A stretch of 64,000 nt of DNA from Raillietiella orientalis. Its lineage: Eukaryota. Position 1 is the stretch's first letter, and every line of letters begins with the position of its first letter. The notes beneath the pieces are model-generated. The model was given only the letters and a program-made list of their open reading frames with translations. It did not search any database and had not been told where the DNA came from. Position numbers and translations under genes: made by a program. The DNA lies in NCBI GenBank assembly GCA_036172245.1, contig JAYWIR010000099.1:124001-188000 (forward strand), in the 5' to 3' direction. Positions 45,801 to 57,984 of the stretch are shown here, one piece after another.

Positions 45801-48800
45801 TGTCAAGGGGATGGTCGAGTCCGCGTCCATGCCGCCCTGGTGAGCCGGCGGCACCGTCCACCTGGAGCCGACAAGCCCGTCGAAAGGTCAGCTCCACGGG
45901 AGAGAAGGCGGTGGCGACAAAGGCGACCAGTTCGGACCGCAGTAGCGTTCGCTGCGAGCAGTTGGCTACCGCTGCCGGTTGTTGGCACCTCGACCGAGGA
46001 GGACGCGTTTGTCCGATCGGGGACGGCGAATCACTTGAAGGACGAGCGAAGTGGTCGCCCGGCAGGAACAAGGTCGGCCGCCCCGTGGCTCCCCACGACA
46101 CCCGAGGGACGGAGCGAGGCACGCGGGCCGCGCCTCCCCGTTCGCAGGCGCCACCCGTTCTCCCGCCTTGCTGGCGGGGTACGCGCGGCGAATTCCGGCC
46201 GTCCCTGCCCAGGCAGCGTCTCGGGAGCGAGTGACCAACCTTCTCCACGCGGCTCTTGCCCTCGGACGGGAGACCCCGGAGAGGATAGTCGTTCCTCTCC
46301 GCGCCTGCGCCCGAGGATGGCGCCGTTCTACCACCCAGGTGTATTTCTCTGGCACGCCTGCAGCAGCCACCTCCGCCTCGTCGGTTCCGCTCACGCCCAG
46401 CCCGCGGTCTCCCGGGCAGACGGGGACCGCCGCGCGGCGCCTCCTAAGCGACCGCCTCACGGAACACCCGGAAGGCGCCCTCGGCACGCAGATCATCTCC
46501 GGGGCAGGGGGCTCCGGGTGAGACAGAGGACGTTCACGACCGGGAGTTCCAACTCCCGGAGCGTGCGACTCCCCTCCTTGACGCGGGAGTGGTACCTCCC
46601 CGATCAGCTGCATCCGTCGCCGTCCAGAGAAGACGGAGACGCGGCAACGCACTGCCGCCCACTCCTGGGACGCGACGCAGGCGACGTCGCACGCCAAAAA
46701 GCGACTGTTCCTCCACGAAGCGCGACTACGTCTCCAGGCGACGGCGGGTGGGAGAGCCGACACGCTCTCCTCCCAACGGGCGCACGGCGGGGCCGACCTC
46801 GGCCCCTGAGGCACGCTGGAGGGAAGCGCTCGGGCGACGATTGGCACGTGTCCCTGGAGGCCCACCGCCGCCGTGGGCACCTCCGTCTGCCATGCGCTCC
46901 CTCCGGGGTAAGAGCAGGCGCTCCCGCCGCACGCGTTGCCTGGAAACAAACAAGCAAACACGCCGAACCCTTTCCAATTAGGAAGCGGAAGCCCCAGACG
47001 CCTTGCCGGTTAGGGAACGGCGGGACTCCTTCCTGGTAGAGACGGGTGGAAGACGCCGGTGAGACAGGAAGCGCTTTGTGCCGCATCGCGTCGCGACGGC
47101 AGGCTTCGCGCCTACAGTGTTCGCGGAGATGACCACCACTCTCACAGGTCACCGCTGAGAGACCGCGCACACGCGCGCTTCGCTTGCAGTACCGTCGGCG
47201 TCGTACGGGGAGCACCGGGAACGCTACCGCGACCCTCCCCTTTCCCCCCCACCAGCGGCAGCGCTTTCCGGCCCTCCGCCGGAACTGCGCATACCTTCGT
47301 CACGCCGCGCGTTGCCGTCCGCATCCGGCACGGCGTTTCCCCGCACGCAGGGGCGGATTCTTCCCGCCGGAGAAGAGGCACCCACTCGGCTATGGACGGC
47401 ATAGAGCCCCGAGCTCACGTGCGCAAGGGGCTGAGCGCGCCTCAGCACGCCACCGAAGGGGAGGTCTCCAGCGGCACGTGGAGAACCCCTGCGGGCGGAA
47501 GACGCCGGCTCCCGGGACCCGTCCGGCGCTCCTTCCAGGGACGAACGACAAGGAATACCCCGCTCTCCGCCCGACACCATTGGCAGGGGATGCGTGTCCC
47601 AGGCGAAGGCGCCTTCCCGACATGCCATGGCGACGGCCACCTGCCGAATCGCGCGGGCTCCTCCTCGAGCGCGCTCTCACCTCGCAACGCCCCCGACGGG
47701 ACACGCAGAGTCCCGCAACGTCCCCGCGGCTGCAGCTGCTAGCCCGCGCGCCCGGGGGTCGGCGCTTCCGGGACGCCTCGGAACGCGCGCGACTCCTCCC
47801 GGGGATCTCCCATCGCTCCGGGAGCACGTGATGATCTCCAGGAAGTCTCCAGGAGCCGGCGGCGGCGGAGGGAGAGGCCGCGGGCGCAGCATCCCCTCCG
47901 TCTCCGCAGCGCCTTCTTCCCGCAGCTCCCCTTCTCGCGCGGTCGGGCACTTCCCTGGCAGGAACCTTCTGGTGACGTCTTCCGAGGAAATTCGCTTTCG
48001 CGATGCGGACAACATGTGATGCATATTCACCTTGGAGACGACCTTGAGCCGTTGCGCACGCGGAGGACTTCCGCCCTGCCCCGCACCCGCAGCCGATCAC
48101 ATGAATCGCCAACGACCGCGGGATGACCCAGTCGGCAGAGAGCAGTTCCGGCGGTTTCCCAGGGAAACGGCTCGCCCACGGGGGAGCGCGGACGCGGTCG
48201 CCTCGACGAACGCCGCGAACTCGGAGGTGGCGGGAGGAGCCAAATCCAGCGGCCGCGCCTTTCCCCCGGGAGTTACGGAGGCGACGGATGAAGAGCGGGC
48301 GTCCGGAAAATCCGCCGCCATCCATCCCGGGAGAAGCGGAGGCCGCGGCGGGACTCCCTGGGGATGCGCGCCCCCTCCAAGAGGGCCCGAAGCCACTCTC
48401 GTCGCCGCCGGCATCGAGGGTGGGCGGCGAGCCCGCGGCGGGTCTCCGGGTGCCGCGTGCCGGCGCGCGAGCCGCGCCGCTGCCCCGACACGGGCAGGCG
48501 TTTGCCGCGCCCGCCCGTCCCGCGCCGGGACCGCGGCGGCGCTGCCTGCGCGCGCGTGAAAGGCGCCTGCGGTGCCGCCCGGCCGGCAGTTCGATTTCCG
48601 GAGTGCGGCCCGTCGCGCGGCTGCCATGGAAGCGACTACGAGAGGCGCGCGCGTCTCACACGTCTCGCCACCGGCAGTGCCCGACCGCTTCGCCGCCCTA
48701 GAGGAGCCGCCATGGTACGTAGGCGCCCCCCTCCTCCCGATAAGCCCGTCCGCCTGCGGGCGCGTCATGCGCGCACTCGGCACGAGTCGCGCGCTGCCGT

Positions 48801-49127
48801 CGGGCGCGCCGAGTCGCCCCGACCATGCGCCCACCGTCGCGGTGCTGCTGCTGCTTTCTCTCCTTCCTTCCTGCCCCAGCCCTTACCTCGTGGTCGTCGC
48901 CGGTGACGCGACATCACGAGGCGGCCCGCTGACCAGTAAGTCGGGAGGGGAAGTCCGCGAGGTCGTCGGGCGGACTGGAAAGGGGGCGGGCAGCGTAGCC
49001 GGAAGTCGCCGCACCTTGGCGAGCGCGCGCGCGTCCCTGGGCGCCCCCTCGGTGCTGCGGCCGCGCTTTCCCGCACCTTCGCCCTTCGCGAGGGAGCGGC
49101 AGGCTCGCACCCTTCGCGACGCCCCCG

Positions 49128-49183
49128 CGGCGGCGGCGGCGGCGGCGGCAGCGGCAGCGGCTGCGGCTGCAGCAGCAGCTGCT
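49128..49183 (+). repeat. (GCN)n trinucleotide repeat (GCG/GCA/GCT) upstream of the Mth-like start codon
   Basis: gcggcggcggcggcggcggcagcggcagcggctgcggctgcagcagcagctgct. Confidence 0.9.
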
Positions 49184-49335
49184 CGGCAGTTCGCGCGCGC
49201 TCGCGCCCGCGGCGGACGTCTTCGCCAGCTCTCCCGGTTGCTCCGCCCCAGGAAGCGCCCGTCCGAGATGTGGTGACCCCGCGCGGCGCACCTCCTTGCC
49301 CGGTGGAGCTGCGAGGAGCCAACGCCGACGCCGCC

Positions 49336-50761
49336 ATGGGCGGACTGCTGCTGCTGCTACTGCTGCTGCTGACAACCGTCGTCGTGCTGGAGCTCGGCGA
49401 GGCCATGCTGCTGCGAAAGTGCTGCCCCGAGGGCCAGTCCCTCCGGGAGGCCAGGGGCCGCCCCACCTGCGTCCTCAGGATGACGGGCGAAGGCGCGTGG
49501 ACTCCGAGCGCTGTGTGCCCCGACCCGCGGGTGCATTTCGCCTTCCTCGGGCCGCTGGGCTGCCCCGAGGACGCCTTCGTGAGCGCCCGCGACCTGCCCG
49601 GCTGCCTGCAGGTGCTCGGCAACGGCGGGCTCGTCTTCCAGCAGGAGTTCTACGGCCCGCACGCGTTCTGCGTCGACGAGGAGACGGTGCTGGGCCCGGG
49701 CAGCGCGGTGACCTCCCGCGACGTGGTGCACCTGTGCGCGTCTCCCGCGGACCCGGACGCCGTCGCCATCTTCGTGCCCAAGTGCTGCGGCCCGAGGCAG
49801 TCGTACGTGATCACCGACGAGGGCCACGGGTGCGCGCTGTCCGACCGCACGCACCTGACGCCGGACATCTTCGACCCGGTCACGGACGAGAAGCTGAACG
49901 TGAGCCGCGCCGTCGTGCGCCTGTTCCACCAGCGGAGCGACTTTTGCCCGAGGGAATCGCAGGTGCCCCTGTACCGCGAGCAGGCGGAGTACCGCGTGCT
50001 GCGGTCTGGGCACCTGTTCGTGCCGCGGGCTGACCACCGGGTGCTGGCCCAGGACAGCTACTGCGTGGACGCGGTGCACTGGGCGGGCCGCGAGCACGAG
50101 CTTTGGGAGGTGGCCGTGGTGTGCGCGGCGCAACGGTCCGACGTGCTGCTCGAGTGGCTGCAGGCGGAGACGTGCAACCGCAGCATCTGCGTGCCCAAGT
50201 GCTGTCCCCGCCGCAAGGCTTTCTCCAACTCGGACTCGTGCGCCCTGGTCGAAGTGGAGCTGACCTTCGAGTTCAAGGACAAGAGGGGCCACCCCGTGCA
50301 CGTCCCGCCCGAGGACTTCCAGGTCATCAACCACACCCCTGTCTGCGTGAAGGACGGCTACATCCTGAGCACCGATCCCCTCGACCCGGACGACGTCTTC
50401 TACGTGCTGCCCGGAGGCGGCCTGTACCTGCCCACCGGCAGCCGCACCTTCCCCTTCGGCAAGTTCTGCATCGACACTTTCGTCAACGCCACCCAGCACT
50501 ACCTGGTCGCCGCCTACTGCGAGGAGTCCTTCGTGGGCGAGCCGCCCAGGTGGGTCAACGTCCTCTACCCAGTCTGCATGGCCGTCTCCGCCATCCTCCT
50601 CGTCATCACCCTGCTCGTCTACTCCGTCGTCGTCGAGCTCAGGAACGTTCACGGCAAGACGCTCATGGCCTACATCCTCAGCCTGCTGCTCGCCTTCCTC
50701 TGCCTCATCGTCGCTCAGCTCATCTCCGGCTACTTCGCCAAGACGTCCTGCAAGACGCTGG
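49336..50761 (+). CDS. mthl: Mth-like exon 1 (signal peptide, ectodomain, TM1-TM2)
   Basis: Open frame with strongly GC3-biased codons; ends AAGACGCTGG|gtaagt. Confidence 0.95.
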
Positions 50762-53700
50762 GTAAGTCACTCTGCCGCGCGCGCTTTCGCCCTCGCAGGC
50801 GCTGGCCGCCGCCCAGGGCACGTCCACACGCCCCTCGACACGAACCGCGCACAGCTCGCTGCAGGCACGCAGGGGCGACCCTGCCTGCCGGCGATGCGTC
50901 AGTCCCCGCATGACCGCTGCGGAAGGGCGCGCGCCGCCCTTCCTCGCCGGCGCCTTCGCTCCCGCCGATGGGCGCCCGGAGCGTGACCTCCCACTCGACC
51001 TCGCCTCCGAAGGGTGGCGCCCGCGTTCCGACGACCCGCGTACGCACACTCGTCGGCACGTACACGGCCATGTACACGTACACGTGTGTCCCCAGGTGTG
51101 ACGCTGCTCTTCGCCTTCCTCTCCACGTTCTTCTGGCTGAACGTCATGTGCTTTGACATCTGGCGGACGCTGACGTAAGTAGCGCGTGACCTCGTCCCTC
51201 CCGCCGGCACGTCCGGAGGCCTTCCTCAGGCGCAGCGTCCTCGACACCCTCCGGGGGCATCCGAGGACACTCCGGGGGCCGAAGCGCAACGCAAGAGAGC
51301 TCTCGACCTCCCGCCCCCGTCCCGTGCTCCCGGCCGGCAGCGAACCCTCCAGACAGCCTCCTCCTCCTTCCCGCACCCTTGATGCGCGGCGGTTGCCGGG
51401 TCAACCCCGCGGTCCCCTCCCGCCGCGCTGCCGTGCGCCTCCGTCGGGGCTCTCCGGGAGCCGCGGCGGTTCCTGCGCGTCGTTCGCCTCTCTCCCCCAC
51501 CGGGAGATAACGAAGCAGATAAAAGTAATCTCCGGGAGTGGGCGACAGGGAGGGGGGGACCTGTACGCGTTGCCGGGACGCCACGCGCGGCGCCTCGCGG
51601 CGTGCGGTTCGGCCTCTTCGGCGCTTTCTGGCCGCCTGGAGCCGCACGCACCGCGCGGCGCCCCCTTCCGGAACGCCCGCTCCGCTCGCGCCTATCGTCG
51701 CTTCGTCCTGCGCGTGGAAGGATGGCGAGGGCGGACGGATGGATCCTGTTGGACCGAATCGCCCCAAAGCACACCGCGCCGCGTCCCGCTGGAAGACCGC
51801 AGCTGCGCTGCCCTTCGGAAGTTCAGAGGCGGCAGCAGCTGACCGCTGAAACTCCCCGCGAGGGTGTCGGTCATCTTGGCGCGGACGTCGCCCCGGGACA
51901 CCGGAACGCTCCTCGAGGCGGCGGCTGCTCGCTCGGCTGGCCACGGAAGAAGCCGCGATGTCAGTACGACCCCGGTGCGCCCCGCCCTGACAACCGGCAT
52001 GGTGGCCAGGAGGACGGTGACAACGCGCCATTCGCTCCGCGCACGACACCGCCAGTTCGCTTCTGACCTGCGCGCGGCGGCCACCGAGAAGAAAACATGC
52101 GAGTGCGGCGGCAGTATGGCTATGACCTTCCGTCGAAATCTGCCCCGTCCCGGTCATCCTCCGGACATGATCTGTCTGCTCCGACTCGCCCTGCGCCCAG
52201 CTGCGATGCGGGTGGACCTCTCGGTCAGCAAAGCCATCCGGGGCACGACCGTGGCGGGCGAATCCCGGAGCTCGGCTGACGTGCAACGGCTTCAAGATGG
52301 TTCGTCCGAGAGTTGGCCAGCGGCCGAGTCGTCCTCCTTGCCAGGACGAAAGCAGCCATGCCGCGAACCCTGTCCACACTCGAGCTGATCTCCACTCTCG
52401 ACGGTCGGATGGTGTGCCTTGGCAAACGCGCGCCAGAAGAACGCTTTCGACCTCGCCGCCTCCCTTCGCGGGCGACCCGACCGATGACGAGTCGACCCCT
52501 CACGCGTTGACCAGCGGATTTTACCAACTGCCACTGGCACTCGGGGTCGGGGCCGCCGCCTTCTCGGAGGTTCCCTGCGGCAGCTCTCCTTACGGGAAGT
52601 TCCGTGGTCGGGTTCGTAGGGGGAAGGAGGATGAGAGAGCATGAAGCATTCGTTCCTCCCGCGTGAGGATGCTCGGTTGCCGAGGCCAAGAGCTGGCGGG
52701 GCAGGTGCACATTCCTAGCGCGCACAAGGGATGGGGAAATCGGGTCGACGTGCGGTCCGTCTTCCCGGAGGGTGAGGTCGGGATCAGGAAAACGTTTCCT
52801 CTCGGCGGTCGCCAAGGGAAACGGCGCGTGGCAACCTCCTACCGCTTGCTACCGAGGAGAATTCCCAGCAGGCGGCACTGGGCCGCCCTCGGTGGTGGAT
52901 GCGGCGGCTTCGTCTCCCGTCTTGCGTCACGTGAGTCTCGGCCGAGCAGGCTCGCGCCCCGTTCTTCCGGAGGGGCGGGCCGCGGGTCGTTCCGACATCA
53001 TGGAACGCGGACGGGAAAGTCCTCCCAACGTCCGCGGAAATGGAAGTCGTGCAAACGGACGTTCGTCTGGTACCGGACACCTCGCGATTGTCCCGGGAGG
53101 AGCAAATGGCGGAACGGAAAGGGCGACGACCGCCGCCTTCAAACGCGCAGTTTGCGTCCGCAGGCGGGGACGCTCGCATTCGTGGACTTCCGTCCGTCCC
53201 TCGTTCGGCTCGTCCTTCGAGAATAGGGGGGAGGGCCCGCCCTGACGCGCGGGAAGCCGACCTCGGCTGGTTCTCCCCGGCGCGCGCGCGTCGACCCACA
53301 GCTCCTCCCCACGGGTCGCTCTCGATGCCGCTTGGCGACTACCGCACGGACTACCCACGGGAGCGGACGATTCCCCGCTCCGCGGCTCGTCCCGGGCGCC
53401 GGGCGTATCCTGGGGCTGCGGAACCGCGGCTACGGTGACAGCGCTGCCGTCGGACGATCGCGGGCCGCGAATTGCTCGTCGTCTCCAGGAAAGCGGACGG
53501 CTGCGGTGGTGCCTCTTCTACCCTCCCGCAAGACCGCCATGGTAACCGCGAGATAGCGTAGGCGCAGGCGTATCGCCTGTCGCGACGGCCGGCCGGCGTC
53601 CCGTGGTGCTCCGTGCACCCCTGCTTGTGCCCTCCTTCTGGCTGACTGACGCCCCTTCTCTTCTCTCGTCGCCAGGGTGCTGCACTCTGGACACAGAAGA

Positions 53701-56700
53701 CGCAGCGACACGCGCCGCTTCCTCGGCTACTGCTGCTACGCGTGGGGCTGCCCTCTGGTCATCTCCATTGTGGTGATCGTCGCCGACAACGTCGACACCA
53801 TCCCGGACTTCGTCCCGAAGCCGAACATCGGCGTGCAGCGCTGCTGGTTCGAGTTCGGGGCGGACAGCATGTCGGCCTTCGTCTACTTCTACGGGCCCAT
53901 CGCAGTCCTGCTGCTCGCCAACATCGCCTACTTCCTGATGACGGCGGTTCGGCTGAAGAGAGCGTGCAAGGATACAATCATGGTGCGTTCGCATAAGAAC
54001 AGGAACAGGTCAAGACAGCCGATTCTGCTTCTTCACCCACCCCGCCCATGCCGCACGGGGCGCGCGCAGGTCACCCCCGCCGCCGCTTCCCGGGGAGCTG
54101 TCGGCTGCCTTGCTCACCGTGCAACCGGAGGGGTCAGCGTCAGCCCCTTTGCAGCGTCGGGGGGAGAGCCGGCCATGAGCGCCCGGGCGGTGGATCCGGT
54201 GGCGCCCGCTCCTGGCGTGAAATCGCGCTTTCGCGACCCTCTCGCGACGCGAAGCGGAAGGAGCGCCGCCGCAAGCGGGGCGCCTCTCTCGTCGGAGGCG
54301 TTTCCGCGAGAATCCGAGTTTCCGCGTCCCCGCCGCCACGCGACTAGCGCGAGACCCGAGGACTCCCCGCCGCCCGAGGCGCTTTCCCAGTGAACGACCA
54401 GTTCACGGCGGCCTCTCGCGCGCTCTTCGCGTCTCTCAGCTCCCGGGGACAGACGCCCGCGGTGTTGCCAGCAGCTGCACCCGCAGGTACGTGCGCCTCT
54501 GGTCAGGCCCTTGGATGGCTGCTTACTCTGGTCGCGATCATTCCTCGGAGCGCCCCGTGCAGCGGAGGAGGTCGAACAACGCGGTCGGAAGAACCTCGAG
54601 GGAGCGGCGAGTGTGAGACGCAGACCACGGCCCAGGGAGTGCCCTTCGGAACGAAGGACGAAGAAACTTCAGGATTAGACGGGGATGTCCCTGCCAAGCG
54701 GTGCCATCGCATCCGCGGGACCCGCTCTCCACGGATAACGGGCAGAGCGCTCGGACGCGCAGCGGGCCGAAGAGCGAAGAGCAAGGCGAGCGCCATCCCT
54801 CGGCGGATGGCGGAAAGCGACGCCGAGGTCGCAGCCGACCCGCAGTGCGGACTGCTGCTGGCGAGCGGGTCGCCCCCCGGGAGACCTCCGTTCCCGCCGT
54901 GAATGGGACGCTCCGAGGGTCACGGCTCGGGCGAGAGAGCGCGCCACTGCTCCTGTGGCCTCGCGGGCGCTCTTTTGCCTGCTCCCCCTTCTTCACCCGA
55001 CCTCGGTCGCAGCATCCGCTGAACCGCCTGGCGGCCGCGGTCGAGACGCGAAAGCGCAACTCCCGTACTCGGGTCTGCCCGCTCTTCGGAATGAGGGTGG
55101 CCGAAGGCGGAAGCGAAGACGGCGCTCCAGCGCGCCGGGAAGCCAGCCTACCTCCAGAGCGAAGGTCGACTCGCCGCGCCACTTTGCAACGCGTCCTTCG
55201 CTTTCCCTTGCGGCGGCAGGGACGCTTTCCGCGAGGAGGGAGGGCGCGCCGCGTCGTCTTCTCGATAAGGCGTGGGCAAGTGCGAGCGTGCAGTCGCCGC
55301 GCGGTCCCGGGTGGCGCCGATTCCCAACTGGGGGGGGGGGGGGAGGGGAGTCCCGGGAAACTTCCCGACCAGCGTCCCGAAGCAGCGACCAATTTCTTTC
55401 CAGGGCTCTCATCTACTTGAAGCTCTTCCTCATAATGGGCCTCGTGTGGGTGTCTGAAGTCATCTCCTCGAAAGTGGGGCCGCCGCAAATTTGGTACGTC
55501 ACGGACATGGCGAACGCCCTGCAGGTGAGTGCGCAACGCCCGCAGCGGCCGTGGAGGTTGCTGCGCGCTTCGCCGGCGCTGGGCACGAGAGACGTCATCC
55601 GGAGGACGTGCGGGGTCCTCGGAGCTCCCGCCAGCCGAGGAGGCGACGGGAACGCGCCTCCACCGAATGCGCCCTCTCATCCCGGCTGCCCGTATCCCGC
55701 CCCTTCCGCGCGACCGACTGCTCCTTGCCATCTACAGCATCCGACGGTTGCTTGCTCGGCGCCACGAAGGCTCTCAGGGTGAATTCCACAGGTTGGCGCC
55801 GGACGCCGCCGCTGCTCCCCCTCCCCTCCGTCGAAAAATGGGAAAAGGGAGGGGGGGGGGCGAACTGCAAATCGGGAGTGGGAGCGGGCGCGAACATGCT
55901 CGTATTGAAGGGCGCCGTCCACTCTACCTCCGGTCCCGCCGCGCGAGACGGGCGGTTCGCTGCAGCCGCGATCATCTCGCAAGATTCCCAATAAATCCCG
56001 CTGGACAAACAAAGTCTCCTTTTCCCTCCCTCCCCCCGCCGAGGGAGGAACGCCAGTCGGGTGCGCGCTCATCCGCACGTGCCCGTTGCTACGGAGGTGC
56101 GGCCATGCCGCCCACTTCAACCTGTTAACCCCCGCACCCTCCCAGACGAATGGGGCGATTTGCCCGCGCGCTGCACGAGAAGGAAGCTGGCGTAGAGCCT
56201 GCGGTAGAGCGGCGGTGGCGGCAGCACACGTGGGGCTCGTTGCCGAGCAACCGCCTCCTGCACTCGAGCGCGCTCCGGTGCTTGGCGGACGCGCGCGGCA
56301 TGCGAATCTCCTGCCAGACCGCCGCGCCGCCCGCATGCACGTGCGGAGAGCGCGCGTTCCCGCTCGCCGCAGAGGCGCGAAGTGTTCTCTGGAGCGCTCG
56401 CACGTCGCCCCGGAGACGCTACCGGGAAGATGCTGGATGCGGAATCAACCTCCGCAGCGCTCTCATTCAGCGCCAAAGTGCAGCAGGTGGCAGCGGGAGA
56501 GCTCAATCAGGGGCGAAGCCAAGCCGACGGGATTTCCGGTGGGAGCCATCGCGCCCAGCAAACGAGCGGCCGTTGACGTGGTAACCGGCAATGACGGATG
56601 ATGGAGGCGCGTTCCAGCGAATCGCGGCCAAATGGAACCTCCTCGCGGCGGGGGAAAGCGGGCGACGGGCGACCGCCGGAACGCAATCCGTTGTCTCCAA

Positions 56701-57802
56701 GGCGACGCCCTGTTTGCCGAGAAAGCCGAAAGCGCAGGGCGGCAGGGACGGAAGCGGGGGAGGCGGCCGCCGTTCAAGGGGCGCATCCGCGCGCGGCGTC
56801 CAGGGCGCGTTTTGCGAGATGCGCGCAGGGGGGCCGTTCAGGGAGGTGCAAAAGGCGCGCGCGGACCAAGGGGCCGGCGCCGGCGGGCGCGCGCGTGCCC
56901 GCGCGAAGCTTGGTTCCTCCCAGGACGGTGGTCGCCGCACCGGCCGGCGGAAGGGTCGCGCGCTGCCACCTCCGCCCGTTTCCCTGGACGAGGAGGGACA
57001 GGGGACGGGCTGCCAAATGCGCGTCCGCCGGACGCTCGGCTCAGGCGGAGACGACGACGCATCACGGACGAACCGAAAGTTCGGCGTACGGGAGAGGATC
57101 TCCGGTGCGGGGTCAGAGGTGATCTACCGTCCGAAGTCGGCAGCCCTGCGGAGTGCCGCGGAGCAAACCGGCGGGCAGGCCTGCGACAGGAGGCGCGAGT
57201 TTCGTCCCACGCCGCACACGCCCGAGGCGGTGCAGCAGGAAGTCGCTCGGACGGGGCGCGAGGAGGGCTGACCGAGGGCGGGGCGCGACCGAACGGCGGG
57301 ACGCATGCCTTTCCTTCCTTCCGTCTCCGGCTGCGTTCCTCCGCGAAGGAAGCCGACCGTACCGTGCTGCAGGGCGTTGTCGTCTTCCCACTCGCGCGCC
57401 GCCCCGCGACCACCGGAAGCTGCCGCCCTCTCCCGGAAAGGGCGGCTGCCGCCACTTGGCTAGGAATGAGACGCCGATGCGGCGACCTCACGGCGCTAGG
57501 TCGGCGCATGCGAAGTCGCCGCCGCGAACGCTTTCGGTGCCCGCGGACGGGCCGCGCCGGCGCGCCCCCACCTCGTCCCCTCGAGCTGGTCACCCTCACC
57601 GCGCTGCCCTCTCTCTTTCCAGGGAGTGGTCATCTTCATCATCTTCGTGTGCAAGAGGAGCGTCTTCAGGAAGGTCAAGAAGACCTACCGCAGCTACGTG
57701 GGGCGCAAGGAGAACGGAGGCGCCGCCAAGGCGACGGCCATCGACCGCGTGACCTCGACCAACTCCGGCAGCTCGTGGATAAGGATGAACTCCATGAAGT
57801 GA
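49336..57802 (+). CDS. mthl: Methuselah-like (Mth/Mthl) secretin-class 7TM GPCR, 712 aa; exons 49336-50761, 51096-51174, 53676-54008, 55404-55524, 57623-57802
   Basis: Kozak-like gccgccATGG start; Leu-rich signal peptide; Cys-rich ectodomain with KCC and FC(V/I)D motifs; 7TM motifs ELRNVHGK, FFWLNVMCFDIWRT, YAWGCP, P-IG--RCWF, YFYGP, YLKLFLIMG, NALQG--IFIIFVCKR. All introns are GT-AG, and the exons sum to 2139 nt (in frame). Confidence 0.95.
51096..51174 (+). CDS. mthl: Mth-like exon 2 (TM3)
   Basis: gtccccag|GTGTGACG...ACGCTGAC|gtaagt; encodes VTLLFAFLSTFFWLNVMCFDIWRTL. Confidence 0.94.
53676..54008 (+). CDS. mthl: Mth-like exon 3 (TM4-TM5)
   Basis: gtcgccag|GGTGCTGCAC...AACAG|gtcaag; encodes RRFLGYCCYAWGCPLVI...PKPNIGVQRCWF...YFYGPIAVLLLANIAYF. 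Confidence 0.93.
55404..55524 (+). CDS. mthl: Mth-like exon 4 (TM6)
   Basis: tctttccag|GGCTCTC...CTGCAG|gtgagt; encodes ALIYLKLFLIMGLVWVSEVISSKVGPPQIWYVTDMANALQ. Confidence 0.94.
56541..56633 (+). repeat. 93-bp dispersed direct repeat, copy 1 (Mth-like intron 4)
   Basis: 90/93 identical to 60333-60425. Confidence 0.9.
57623..57802 (+). CDS. mthl: Mth-like exon 5 (TM7, C-tail)
   Basis: ctctttccag|GGAGTGGTC...; encodes GVVIFIIFVCKRSVFRKVKK...WIRMNSMK*. Confidence 0.92.
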   Translation, partial: GVVIFIIFVCKRSVFRKVKKTYRSYVGRKENGGAAKATAIDRVTSTNSGSSWIRMNSMK

Positions 57803-57978
57803 AGGGGATCGAGGCACCCCGGAACCGGAGGATGACTCGCCAAAGAGGATGTCCTGTCCGCTACCTCGAGGGCCCGTTCGTTCGCCGTCGGGGGTCCCGG
57901 GAGCACGGATTCATCATCCCTCCCGAACGCACCGCCCCGGGTCCCCCACTTGTGGCGCGTGGGTCCGCAAACGGTGCA

Positions 57979-57984
57979 AATAAA
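57979..57984 (+). terminator. Putative polyadenylation signal of the Mth-like gene
   Basis: AATAAA about 177 nt after the stop codon, followed by a GT-rich stretch (gatgtgattg). Confidence 0.6.

Noticed and set aside
37000..49200. Many long ORFs (e.g. 37000-38160, 39876-41249, 43810-45066, 45759-47039)
   Set aside because: Arg/Pro/Ala/Gly-rich translations open in several overlapping frames, with no recognisable motifs or codon-position bias. This is expected from very high GC.
49357..50652. 431-aa minus-strand ORF
   Set aside because: Antisense shadow of the GC3-rich Mth-like exon 1.
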